DNA from: Peribolospora baueri
Lineage: Eukaryota
Direction: 5' to 3'
DNA length: 64,000 nt
NCBI GenBank assembly: GCA_029717555.1
Contig: JAMDHS010000008.1
Span: forward strand, 248,001-312,000
Both the position numbers and the translations under genes were made by a program. Shown in pieces: positions 1-10,813 of this stretch (the first letter of the stretch is position 1; each line of letters starts with the position of its first letter). The notes beneath the pieces were generated by a model, which was not told the origin of the DNA, made no database searches, and was given only the letters and a program-made list of their open reading frames with translations.

Positions 1-327
1 TCATATCCTCCACCCTTTCCTTCCACTCGCTCACTCCAGCCTTGATCGCAGCCCCGCCCGTTCCGTTCGGTTCCGCCCGCCGCCGAGATGGCAAGTGACG
101 AAGGGGAACGCGGGGCCAGCTTCGACGTCCCATGGATATATAAGTTGCTCCGCCTGGCCACGTACCCCGCCGGCGTTTTTTCATGCCAACACCTCCCTCG
201 CCCCTTTAGATTGCCGTCGCCGCTCCCTCCTTCGCTCGTGCCGGTTTAGACATATAAACGACCACCGACGCCTCATACACGCTACCCTACACTCCTTCAT
301 TCATATTTCCATCCGAAAACCCACACC

Positions 328-1805
328 ATGACGTCCGACAAGAATAAGAATATCGAGTCCTTCTACGTCGACGCCGTCCTTTTCGTGAGTCGTCGTGGAC
401 CTTGTGGCGGGAGCTGCTCGCACACGAGCCGCTTCGACTGACCGCCGCCCATTGCTTCCCGACCCTTTTTGTGTCGCGCGCCACCGCCACCGCCACCGAT
501 ATGATTAGGACATGGTGAGCAGCAACTCACAGCTGTCCTCGCACGGGCCACGACCGTCGGTCGATCGATCTGACTGACACCTTCCTTCCTTCACCTCCAT
601 CTTCCACAGGACGGCACGCTCGTCGACTCGATCGCCGCCGTTGAGGCCGCCTGGGGCGCCGTCGCGGAGGAGATCGGCCAGGACCCAGACTACGTGATCG
701 CTGCCACGCACGGCAAGCGGGCTGTGGACAACCTGAAGCAGTTCAAGCCTCACATCAAGGAACACGAGATGGACCAGGCGGTGGTCAATTTCGAAAAGAC
801 GATCCTCGAGTTTGCCGACGGCAGTCGCACCCCTTCCCGCCCTTCCTCGCGGCGGAACAGCAAGTCGAGCAGCCGGAGGCCGTCCCAGTCCGGTAGCCGT
901 CGTCCTTCCCAGACGATCAGCCGGAGGCCGTCGGAGAGTTTGAACGGCGGCGGCGGCGGCGTGAGCGCGTTCGGACTCGCCCACGGCCTCAGCAAGCTCT
1001 CGACACTGGACAAGAACAAGGGAGAAGAGAAGATCAACGAGAGCGCGATCGAGGATGACGATGACGAGCCTCGCCCCTCCAACTCGAGTCCCGCCGCCGA
1101 CAGCGGCGTGGATCTCGAGGACGACGCGGAGAATGTGGAGGAAGAGGCGTTCGACGGCAGCATCCGCATCCTCCCCGGCGTGCGCAACATGATCGACGCG
1201 ATCCCCAAGGGCAAGTACGCTGTCGCCACCTCGTCCGCGAGGACGTATGCGTACGGCGCCATGGAGCGCGTCGGTATCGTCCCACCCGAAGTGACCGTCA
1301 CCGCGGAGCACCCGGCTCTCAAGCGCGGCAAGCCTCATCCCGACCCCTTCCTCCTCGCCGCCAAGCTGCTCGGCTATGACCCGGTGCGTACGTAACGGAC
1401 GGCGCCGTCGGCTCGCCCGTCACTTGACTGACCGATATGTTTACTCGTTCGTTCTCACAACAGAAAAAGTGCCTGGTCGTCGAAGATTCTCCCTCCGGCA
1501 TCCGCGCCGCCGTCGCCTCGGGCGGGACGACGATCGCGGTGTGCACGTCGCACGCGCGCGAAAAGATCAAGGACTGTGGTGCGCAATACCTCTTGGACGA
1601 CCTCCGCGCCGTCACGGTGGAGCACGAGGCCGACGGGAGGCTCAAGGTGACCATCGACCACTCCTTCGTTGCTCCCCCCGAGGACGAGGAGACGCTCCAG
1701 CACGCGCACGACGACCTCAGGGCCGCCCACAAGGCCGGCAAGGACGCGGTGGAGAAGAAGAAGCTGGAAGAGCAGAACAGCGCCGCCCCCGCCATCAGCG
1801 CATGA
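328..1805 (+). CDS. HAD-superfamily phosphatase (glycerol-3-phosphatase GPP / DOG-like)
   Basis: Exons 328-384, 509-514, 610-1383 and 1464-1805 with GT-AG introns rebuild HAD motif I VLF-DM-DGTLVDS. Motif II AVATSS, motif III RGKPHPDPFLLAA and motif IV LVVEDSPSGIRAA are present. TATA-like TATATAAG at about 137-144. Confidence 0.9.
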
Positions 1806-2401
1806 CCCCCAAACATCGACCGTAGCTTCGACACGCGCCGACGACGACGACGAACGAAGCATCCACATCTCTTAAAAATATCTTCTCTTTGCCCTTCTTG
1901 ACTCTCTCTGCCCGTCGTCGTCACTGCCGCCCCACTGCCACAGCCTCGTCTCTACGGTACACTCCCAGTACCTACCGCGACGTGAGGTCCCACTCCAGCG
2001 CCCTTTCTTGCACCGCGATTCGCCCTTTTCTCTCGTCCATTTTTTTCTTCTTTCCATCCATCCATCCATATGACCTGCCTCCCCCCCAATGTACAAATAG
2101 CTGTTTCTATACGCCCTTTTTCAGATGTCGGGCCCGGTGTTCATCCCCCGCGCGGTCAGCCAGTCAGGCAGCCAAGTAGTACTACGAGCCTTGCCTGGCC
2201 CTTCCTTCTTTCTCCGCAGAACTCTGCTGCCTCGTGTGTCGCGCGCCTTGACTCTTCAGTCGTTTCAAACTTTTTGCAATGGAGACGGATCCTCGATAGA
2301 AAGCCAAAACCAGCGAGCGAAGCATCCCTGAGGAATATAGATAGGCTGGGGGACGTGGACCCAAGGTGGTGGAAAGAAAGAAAGCAAGAAAGCGTCCTTC
2401 T

Positions 2402-5233
2402 TCACCACTCCATACCCTCCTTCTTCTTGCCGCCAACCGGCTTGAGCTTTTTAGTCCCGAGAGCAGCGAGGCTGAGCCAGGGCTGCCTGCGCTGCTCGAA
2501 TTCCCTGATCTTGTCCTCCTGCTTCAGCGTGAGGCTCACGTCGTCGGTGCCGTTAAGAAGGCACTCGCGCACGAACGGATCGATCTTGAACGGTACCTCC
2601 TCCCCGTTCGGGCGGCGGATCACCTCAGCCGCCAGGTCCACCTCGAGCTCCCTGCCCGCCTTGGCGTCCTCGGCCAAAGGCGCAAGAGCTTCCGGCGTCA
2701 GCGGAATGTTCAGAAGACCCTGGGAGACGTAGACGATGACAAGGGGAGGGGAACGAACGATAAGTGATGGAATTCTCAGCTGGTGAAGAAGGATCTAAGG
2801 AGAAGGTCGCTCACGTTCTTCCCAGAGTTGTTGCGGTAGATGTCGGCAAACGAGAGACCGATCACACAGCGGATTCCAAAGTCGGTAAGCGCCCAAGGGG
2901 CGTGCTCTCGAGAAGAGCCACAGCTGGGCGCGACGGCGTACGGAAAAAAGGAGATGACGACGACACTTCTCAGTCTACGAAGCTGATGACGCCTGGCCAT
3001 CACGACCGAAACTCACCCAAAGTTGGGGCCGGTGACGACGAGAATCTTCGCCTTGCGATAAGGCTCCTCGTTGAGCACGAACTCCGGGTCCTCCTCGCCC
3101 GTCTTGGGATCATAGCGCATGGGATGGAAAAGGGCGACGCCGAGACCGGTGCGCTTGATGGTCTTCAGGAATTGCTTGGGGATGATCATGTCGGTGTCCA
3201 CGTTGGCCATCTCCAGAGGCGCCGCAATGCCTTTGAGCTGCGTGAACGCCTGCATGCCGCCTCCGCTCGTGCTGATCGCACCCTTGGGAGAGGCGCTAGA
3301 GGAGGAAGGAACATCGCGCAAGGCGTCCAAGTCCGACGTGGCCGGGGCGGGAGCCGGGGCGTGTGCGCCGTCCGAGCCGGCAAAGTCGTTGGTGAGGTAC
3401 ATCTTGGAATCGGAGATCTTAATCTCGAAGGTCGGCTCCGAGGCGGCATGTCCTGGTCGGGCGCCGGAGACGAGCTTGCGCACATCCGTCAAGTAGCCGG
3501 TTACGGCAGCCGCGGCAGCCATAGCGGGTGAGAGCAAGTGGGTGCGACCGCCAGCGCCTTGGCGACCCTCAAAGTTGCGGTTCGAAGTGGACGCACACCG
3601 CTCGCCCGGTGCGAGCTGGTCAGGGTTCATGCCAAGGCACATGGAGCAGCCAGCCTCGCGCCAGTCGAAGCCGGCGGCGATGAAAATCTTGTCCAGACCC
3701 TCCGCCTCGGCCTGCTTCTTGATGAGACCCGATCCAGGAACGAGCATAGCGTAGACGTGGTCGGCGACCTTGCGACCTTTGAGCACGCGAGCGGCCGCGC
3801 GAATATCCTCGATGCGCGAGTTGGTGCACGAGCCGAGGAAAACCTTGTCGACCTTGATGTCTTCCATCTTGGTGCCCGGCTCAAGGCCCATGTACTTGAG
3901 CGAGCGGATCATGCCCGCCTTCCGTACCGGGTCCTGCACCTCGTCAGGGTTCGGGACGGTGCCGGTGATGGGCACAGCGTCCTGAGGAGACGTACCCCAG
4001 GTGACGGTGGGCACGATGTCGGCGGCGTTTACACGAACCTCAACATCGTACGTCGCGTCCGGGTCAGAGGGGAGGGTGCGCCAGTATGCGACAGCCTTCT
4101 CCCACTCGGCCGGGTCTTGCGGCACGAGAGGGCGGCCCTTGAGGTACTCGAACGTGGTCTCGTCGGGGGCGATCATGCCAGCGCGAGCACCGGCCTCGAT
4201 GGACATGTTGCAGATGGACATGCGCGCCTCCATGCTGAGCGAGCGAATGGCCGAGCCGCAGAACTCGATGACGCAGCCAGTGCCTCCGGCGGTGCCGATG
4301 ACGCCGATGGTGTGGAGGACAATGTCTTTGGACGTGACGCCTTCCGCGAGTTCGCCGTCGACCTGGATGCGCATGTTCTTGGAGCGCTTCTGGAGGATGG
4401 TCTGGGTGGCGAGGACGTGCTCGACTTCGGAAGTGCCGATGCCGAAGGCGAGCGCACCGAAAGCGCCGTGAGTGGAGGTGTGCGAGTCACCACAGACGAT
4501 GACCGCGTCGGGGATGGTGAAGCCCTGTTCAGGGCCGATGATGTGGACGATTCCCTGACGCTTGTCGCTCATGCCGAAAAACGTGAGGCCGAACTCGGCC
4601 ACGTTGTCCTCGAGCGTCACACATTGCGTGCGCGAGTCGGCCTCGCCAATGAACGACTTGGTGTCCTTGTAGTTTTTCCGATCGACAGTGCTGTTCGCCG
4701 CAGAATCGGAGAATGATCAGCTCGACGCCCTGCGGCATGCTCTCGCGAAACAAGAGATGGGAAGGCTTCACAAGGGACGCTCACGGGATATTGTGGTCCA
4801 AGGTGGCCAGAGTGCAGTCCGGGCGTCGGACCTTGCGACCAGCGATTCGCCTTACAGTATTCAATAGGGCAACGAAAAGGAGGGGGATACGATGAGTGCC
4901 AACGTACGCAGCTGAGGCCGGACCTGTACAATAAGTAGCCTGTGGGGGCGGCAACTCACAGTCCTTCGAACGCCTGAGGGCTGGTCACCTCGTGGACGAG
5001 GTGCCGGTCGACATAGATCAGGCAGGTGCCGTCGGCCTCCTAGCAAGAGGTGCGAGATCGAGGGTGGGATAGAAGGGAAGTAAGCCGAGATGAGCGACGA
5101 CGGCCGACGAACGACTCGAACGTGGTGAGTTCTCTCTCTCTTTCGTCATCGACCGAGCCGGCTCTGCGTGATCGGCGCTCACCTCGTGCACGATGTGCGA
5201 GTCAAAGACCTTCTGGTAGAGCGTGCGTCCCAT
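2402..5233 (-). CDS. LEU1: 3-isopropylmalate dehydratase (fused large and small subunit)
   Basis: Multi-exon. Motifs: [59 protein letters not shown], [4Fe-4S] cysteines GSCTNSR and [21 protein letters not shown], small-subunit [28 protein letters not shown], and C-terminal ...GMEW. Confidence 0.98.
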
Positions 5234-5443
5234 AATGAGTGTCGAAGAAGGAACGGGTTGTGGGCCCGCCGGCTGGGAGGTGTGGAAGAGATGGGGGATG
5301 GTGTGGGGAGCGAGAAGAACGGCTGTCGGCCGACATGACATATAACTCGGCGCGGAGTGGGCCAGTCGGGGCCTCCGACATTCAGAGTAGGGTTACGTCG
5401 AGTCATGGCCGACTATTGCCGACCCGACGCTGGGCCGCTCCGT

Positions 5444-5470
5444 CGGCGCTGGGTTACGTAACCAGCGCCG
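5444..5470. promoter_or_regulatory. Near-perfect 27-bp palindrome with TTACGTAA (bZIP/CRE-like) core upstream of LEU1
   Basis: CGGCGCTGG-G-TTACGTAA-CCAGCGCCG. A second GGGTTACGT lies at 5390-5398 and a Gcn4-type GAGTCAT at 5400-5406. Function is inferred. Confidence 0.4.
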
Positions 5471-5685
5471 GTACGATGGTGGTCCATCAATGGGATGGGA
5501 TGGCCGTCGGTCACGGACACGATAGGATAACAAAGCAACAATTCGACGAGCGCGATCGCGAGCGAATAGGGAATTCGTAAAATTCGGAAGAAAGTGGGTA
5601 TCGGCGCGAGCTCGAGAAGCGACCTTGGTATGGAATAAAAAAATAAAGAAAAAAAGAGAAGAGGAAGGAAAGCGCGGTAGGATAC

Positions 5686-8145
5686 TCAGAGACCGTCGGC
5701 CTCGGCCATGTCGTCCTCATCCATTCGCCTTCCTCCTCCGAACATGTTCTGCACGCCGCCGCCGGCGGCCCCCGCCCCCCCGCCTCCAAAGACGGCCGTC
5801 GGGTTGCGAGGCCTGCTGAAAAGTCCCACCTTCACCGGTGACTGCGCTCCCTGTCCGTGCTGGCCTTGGTGTGCCGCGGCCGACGACGCGCCCCCATCGC
5901 TCCACGACGGCGCACCTCCCACCGCGGGACTCGTCCACCCCCCGCCGCCTTCTCGCGGCGTCTCCGGTCTCGCCGAGCCCATGCCGCTCCCGCTCCCGCT
6001 GCCGGCCGACAAGGAGGAAGAGCCCGTGGCGGCCGAGCTGGTCTCGAGGTTCGCGGCTTGACGCCCTCGACGCTCCCGGTAGGAAGGCTTCGAGCTGGAG
6101 CCCCTTCGGCCCGCCGAAGACGAACCCTGCGTCGAGGGCGCGTGCGCGTCGGCGTGGCCTTCGGCCTGGTAAGGATACGGGTGCGGTGACTGGTGCTGAT
6201 ATCGATTCTGGTAGTGGTGCTCGAGCGGCGCCGAGGTGTTGCTGACCGTCGGACTCGTCGGCAGCGGGACGCGCCCTTCCCCAGCCAACTGCTGGTGGAC
6301 GCCGAGACCGTAAGCGCCGGCAAAGGTGGAAGGATCGGTGCCCCTGGAGGACATGCTCTCCTTCCTTCGGTGCGACGCTCGCTCACGGTACGCCCCACGA
6401 CTGCCGGACTGGGAAGAGCCGCCGCCGCTGCGGCTCTCACTCCCGCCCGACGCGCCTCCGCCGCCGGCGTTCCTACGCGCGCGCCTGGGGGGGCCGAGAC
6501 CGAGTCCGAAGTCGCCCATGTCCGGCTCTTCCTCTTCCTGCCGTGCTGAAGCGTTTTCTCCGCCGCGCTCCCGCAAGTCGGACGCGAGTTGGTCAGGAAA
6601 GGCTAGGTTAGATGAGGCGAGCACGCCATTGCCGTCGAAACCGCCTGTGCTGGAGGACACATTGGGGCTCGAAGAGCGGGAGGGTTCAAATTCTTGCATG
6701 CCGCTGAGAGGGGAGCGGAACCCGTACGTCGCAGGTGATTCGTTCGACGTCCCGAGTGGGCCTTCCGCTCCAAGATGCCCAAGCGGATGCTGGCGCCGAT
6801 CGTAGTCCCCGACCGGTTGCTGAGGAGGAGGCGCGAAGTGGTAATGATGATGGTGCACCTCGTAGGGCCTGGCTTGCTTCCGCTCGGCAGGACGATCGTA
6901 CGCCTGAAGCTCGCCTGGCGGTCCACCCTGGAACCCATCAAAGTCGTCGTCCACCACCGCTCCGTCCTGCCCTTCTTCTTCCGCCGCTTGGTCTGCGTCC
7001 ACGGCCCCCAAGTCGAACCCTCCGGCTGCCGCTTCCGCCTCGGCTTCGGTGCCAAACTTGGCCCTACCCCTCGCCTCCCTGACCACCCTCCTGGCCGCCT
7101 TGCGGCGTGCTTTTGCCTCTGCTTCCTCCGCCTCAGCCAGAGCCGCCTCTTCGGCGGCAAGCGCGGCATCCGTTGCCGCGTCCTTGGCGGCCTGCTCGTC
7201 CGCTTGAGGGTCCGCCTGTCCAGCGGCGCCAGGAGCGGGATCAGAAGACAGGGGACCGGACGTGCCAGACTGCGAGAGTCTAGCAATCGCGGCATCGGGG
7301 AGCAGCCCAGCGTCCTCGTCACCACTCTCGAGCATGACGCTTCCGCTGGACTCTGTCCGCGGACGGCTTCGTCTGTCGTCGTCATTGTCGTCGTCGGCGT
7401 CGGCGTCCAGGGAAAACAGCGCAGAAGTCTGGCCGTCAGTCGTCCTCGTCGTCGTAGCAACACCCGATCGGCGCGTGCTCCCTCTGGCCCTACGAGCAAA
7501 TCCATTTTCGTCGTCGCTGCCGTCTTCGTAGACGCCGCGTCTCGACCTCGTCCTTTGACGGCTCTTGGGCTTCCCCCAAAGGCCGAAACCGAGCGCGGTG
7601 GGGTCGAAACCGAACAACGCACACGAGCGCGCGCCGTTTCGTGACTTGTTCTTCTTCGCCCCCTTCCTCGCCCTCCTCTGTGTCCTCTCCCGCTCCGCTC
7701 CCTGCGCGTCGAGGTCGGCGATATTACTCAGCAAACTGATGGCGTCGGCCCCGTCGTTGTCGTCGTCGTCGTCGTCGTCGTCGTCGTCCGTACGCTCATC
7801 GCTCTCTTCCGAATCATCCCCCTCGTTCGAAGACCGTCCCCTGCGCGACCGCCTCGCGAGAAGCGCCTCGACCTCGTGTGCGCCGCCTCGGTCTCCTCGC
7901 GGCCTCCTCCTCTCGCTGGCGGCCCCTCCTCCCTCGACTCCGTCCACATCCAAACCCAGCTCCTCCTCCCCGCTCGAGCCGTCCTCTCCCCTCCTTCTCG
8001 CGCCGGAGCAACACAGAAGCGCCGTCGGAAAGGACGCGGCGGACGTGGAACCGGCGCTGGCGTCGCGGGCGGAGGCGCGACGAAGGGCTGCGGGGACGTA
8101 AGCGGCGAGGCGGTCGGCGAGGGAGAAGGAGTCGTCGAGGGACAT
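5686..8145 (-). CDS. Hypothetical low-complexity / disordered protein (about 820 aa, apparently intronless)
   Basis: Long open frame with likely start MSLDDSFSLADRL (ATG at 8145). It has acidic and Gly/Ser-rich tracts and a coiled-coil-like EEAALAEAEEAEAKARRK segment. TATA-like TTTATAT on the minus strand near 8253-8259. Confidence 0.7.
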   Translation of the reverse strand: MSLDDSFSLADRLAAYVPAALRRASARDASAGSTSAASFPTALLCCSGARRRGEDGSSGEEELGLDVDGVEGGGAASERRRPRGDRGGAHEVEALLARRSRRGRSSNEGDDSEESDERTDDDDDDDDDDNDGADAISLLSNIADLDAQGAERERTQRRARKGAKKNKSRNGARSCALFGFDPTALGFGLWGKPKSRQRTRSRRGVYEDGSDDENGFARRARGSTRRSGVATTTRTTDGQTSALFSLDADADDDNDDDRRSRPRTESSGSVMLESGDEDAGLLPDAAIARLSQSGTSGPLSSDPAPGAAGQADPQADEQAAKDAATDAALAAEEAALAEAEEAEAKARRKAARRVVREARGRAKFGTEAEAEAAAGGFDLGAVDADQAAEEEGQDGAVVDDDFDGFQGGPPGELQAYDRPAERKQARPYEVHHHHYHFAPPPQQPVGDYDRRQHPLGHLGAEGPLGTSNESPATYGFRSPLSGMQEFEPSRSSSPNVSSSTGGFDGNGVLASSNLAFPDQLASDLRERGGENASARQEEEEPDMGDFGLGLGPPRRARRNAGGGGASGGSESRSGGGSSQSGSRGAYRERASHRRKESMSSRGTDPSTFAGAYGLGVHQQLAGEGRVPLPTSPTVSNTSAPLEHHYQNRYQHQSPHPYPYQAEGHADAHAPSTQGSSSAGRRGSSSKPSYRERRGRQAANLETSSAATGSSSLSAGSGSGSGMGSARPETPREGGGGWTSPAVGGAPSWSDGGASSAAAHQGQHGQGAQSPVKVGLFSRPRNPTAVFGGGGAGAAGGGVQNMFGGGRRMDEDDMAEADGL

Positions 8146-8557
8146 GTTGAGGTAGGCGTGCGAAGCGGGCGAGGGGGGCGACGAGGCGAGGAATGGGTTG
8201 GTTGGTTGTCTGACCGCCTCTGTCGTGTGTCTGTCTCGCTCGGCGTGTCTCAATATAAACCTCTTCCCCCGCTCTCGCTCTCCTCGACTCGAACTCGGCG
8301 TGTGAAAGCAAAATGAATCGACGCCTCAGCACCTCCGCACCGGCCGGCCACTCCCGCCGCCGCCGCCGCCGCCGCCGCAGCTGCCGCAGCTGCCGCAGCC
8401 CCCGCGTCTTCTTGTTCGGTCGGGTCGTCGTCTGCTAGGGTTTGACTCGACGGATCGCATCGCAACACCATTCCCTTCCTCTCCGTCCTTCTCCTCCCCC
8501 TTCCCCCCTCGTCGTCCCCAGTACGGCTCAGATAGAGGCAAATAAATAGATAGGCAG

Positions 8558-9909
8558 ATGGCCGCCTCGCCTTCTGCTCACTCCTCCGCGCGCTCTTCTG
8601 CCGCGGCGCGACGACGAAGGATCACGATCAAGGTGCCTTGCACGTCCGCCAACATCGGACCGGGCTTCGACGTCGCCGGCCTCTCCCTCTCCCTCTTTCT
8701 CACCCTCCGCGTGTCCATCGATGGCGGCGACAGAGACCGCGTCTCCTCCTCTGCTTATTCTCACCCCGAGCTCCACTACACCGGCCTGGGAGCCAAGGAC
8801 GCCCCGCTGGACCCGTACAAGAACCTGATCACCCGCGTCGCCCTCTATGTCCTTCGCTGCCACGGCGTGTCCCGCTTCCCGACGCGGATGCGCATCGACG
8901 TGCACAACGAGATTCCCTTTGGCCGCGGGCTTGGCAGTTCCGGTGCGTGCGTCATCGCTGGCGTTCACCTCGGCAACGCCGTTGGCAGGCTCGGCCTCAG
9001 CATGTCGCGCCTCTTGGACTTTGCCCTCATGGTCGAGCGGCACCCAGACAACGTTGCTGCGGCGCTTGTCGGAGGTTTCGTGGGCAGCTACCTCAAAGAG
9101 CTGAGCAAGGAAGACACCGAGGCCAAGGACATCCCCCTCGCCGAAGTCGTCCCGGAAGTGCCGCCGGATGCGGGTGAGGGATGGGGCAGGAACCCGCCAG
9201 TGCCGCCCATCGGCATCGGCCACTACATCCGCTTCGGCTGGGCGCCCGAGATCAAGGCCTTGGCCATCATTCCGGAGTTTGAGGTGCCCACCGCCAAGGC
9301 CAGGGGCGTGTTGCCCAAAACGTACGCGCTCTCGGACATGGTGAGGCCGTCGGGTCGACCGCCCTTTTTTTTGCTCAGACGCCGTCCTTCCGACTCGCTT
9401 TCTTCCTCACGACCTCCCCTTCCTGCTTCTCGATCGCAGATCTTCAATCTTCAGCGGTTAGCCGTCCTCACGACGGCGCTCACGCGTTCTCCACCCGACC
9501 CGGAGCTGATCTATGAGGGCATGAAGGATAAGCTTCACCAACCGTACCGAAAAGGGCTGGTGAGTAGCTCCTTCTCCAAACTCGATCGACTCGGAACGGG
9601 TACCGACCCAGCGATGCTCCCCTGTCCCTTCCTTTTTACCCCTCCCAGATCCCCGGCCTCCCCCGCATCCTCTCCTCCGTGACCCCTTCCACCCACCCAG
9701 GCCTCCTGGGCATCTGCCTCTCCGGCGCAGGCCCTACCATCCTTGCGCTCGCCACGGGCAACTTTGACGCCATCGCCGCCACCATCAAGGCCGAATTCGC
9801 CGCGGAGGGCATAGAGGTTTGGACCGAGGTGTTGACTGTCGGCAGCGAGGGGGCCACTTGTGTCGAAGAAGACGAAGAAGAAGTGGGAGACGAGGTGGTG
9901 CGCGCTTAG
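8558..9909 (+). CDS. THR1: Homoserine kinase (GHMP kinase)
   Basis: Exons 8558-9340, 9440-9559, 9649-9909. Motifs VPCTSANIGPGFD, IPFGRGLGSSGA, ERHPDNVAAAL, DKLHQPYR, LSGAGPTILAL. Confidence 0.97.
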
Positions 9910-10813
9910 ATGCGGGGAGAGGGGGGAGACGTGCGTACATGCGTCGTACACGGGGGCGAATAGAATTGTGGACGAGCGGGGTGGAATAAACAAGGTCCGA
10001 GACGAGCGAGTCATGATCTTCTTCGACCGCGACGGGCGTGACGATCTGTCCTGTCGTCTCGTCCCGCACCGGATGGAGGAGGCGGAGAGAAGGCTTTTCG
10101 AGGCGTGCGACAGAGACAGAAAGAGACAGAAAGAGAGGAGTCCCTCGTGCGAGTGTCTCGTCGCGTCGCCGGGCCGGCCATGGAGGCGGCGAGGTAGAGA
10201 GCGGGCATGGCGAGGGGCGAAAGGGGGGAGGAGGAAAGTTAGGGAGGAAAAGGCGGGACAGAAGAAGTGGGAGGGAGCGCCGCCGCTTTTGTAGTCGTCG
10301 ACAGGATCTTGCCCGGCGCCCACGCTTGGCTTTGCGTTCGCCCGCCCGGAGGCCACGCTTCGACTCGCTTCGACTCGGGTTCGCCTCGCCCACCCTTCGA
10401 CTTGGCGGCGACGAGGGGACACCGGTCTGAACGACGACGACGACCGACCGACCACCACCACTACTACCACCACCACCACCATCACCACGAGCGTCACCGC
10501 ACGCCATCCTTCGCACGCACAGCCTTTGGCGCTGTCGCCACGGCCATCGCGTCGCCATCCAGCGCAAGGAGGCGACGCCCAGCGCTTCCAACCGTCTTGG
10601 CTCGACCGACGACTCAGCGACGCGACGCACGGACCACGCACAGAGACGTCCCTTCCTTCCTCCCCCGCCCCCTCCTCGGCATACAGGACGTACAATACAG
10701 TACATACGCTATTCACTCCACCGACCCGTCTTCTCATCCATCCACGCCACACGCCAGCGCGCCGCCCTTAGCGAAACAAAAACAAAACAGCACGGCCGCT
10801 CGACCGCCCCACT

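Noticed and set aside
3538..4716. Long antisense ORFs over LEU1 (and over HAD, THR1, cyclin, TFIIB)
   Set aside because: These are codon-bias shadows of the real genes on the opposite strand.
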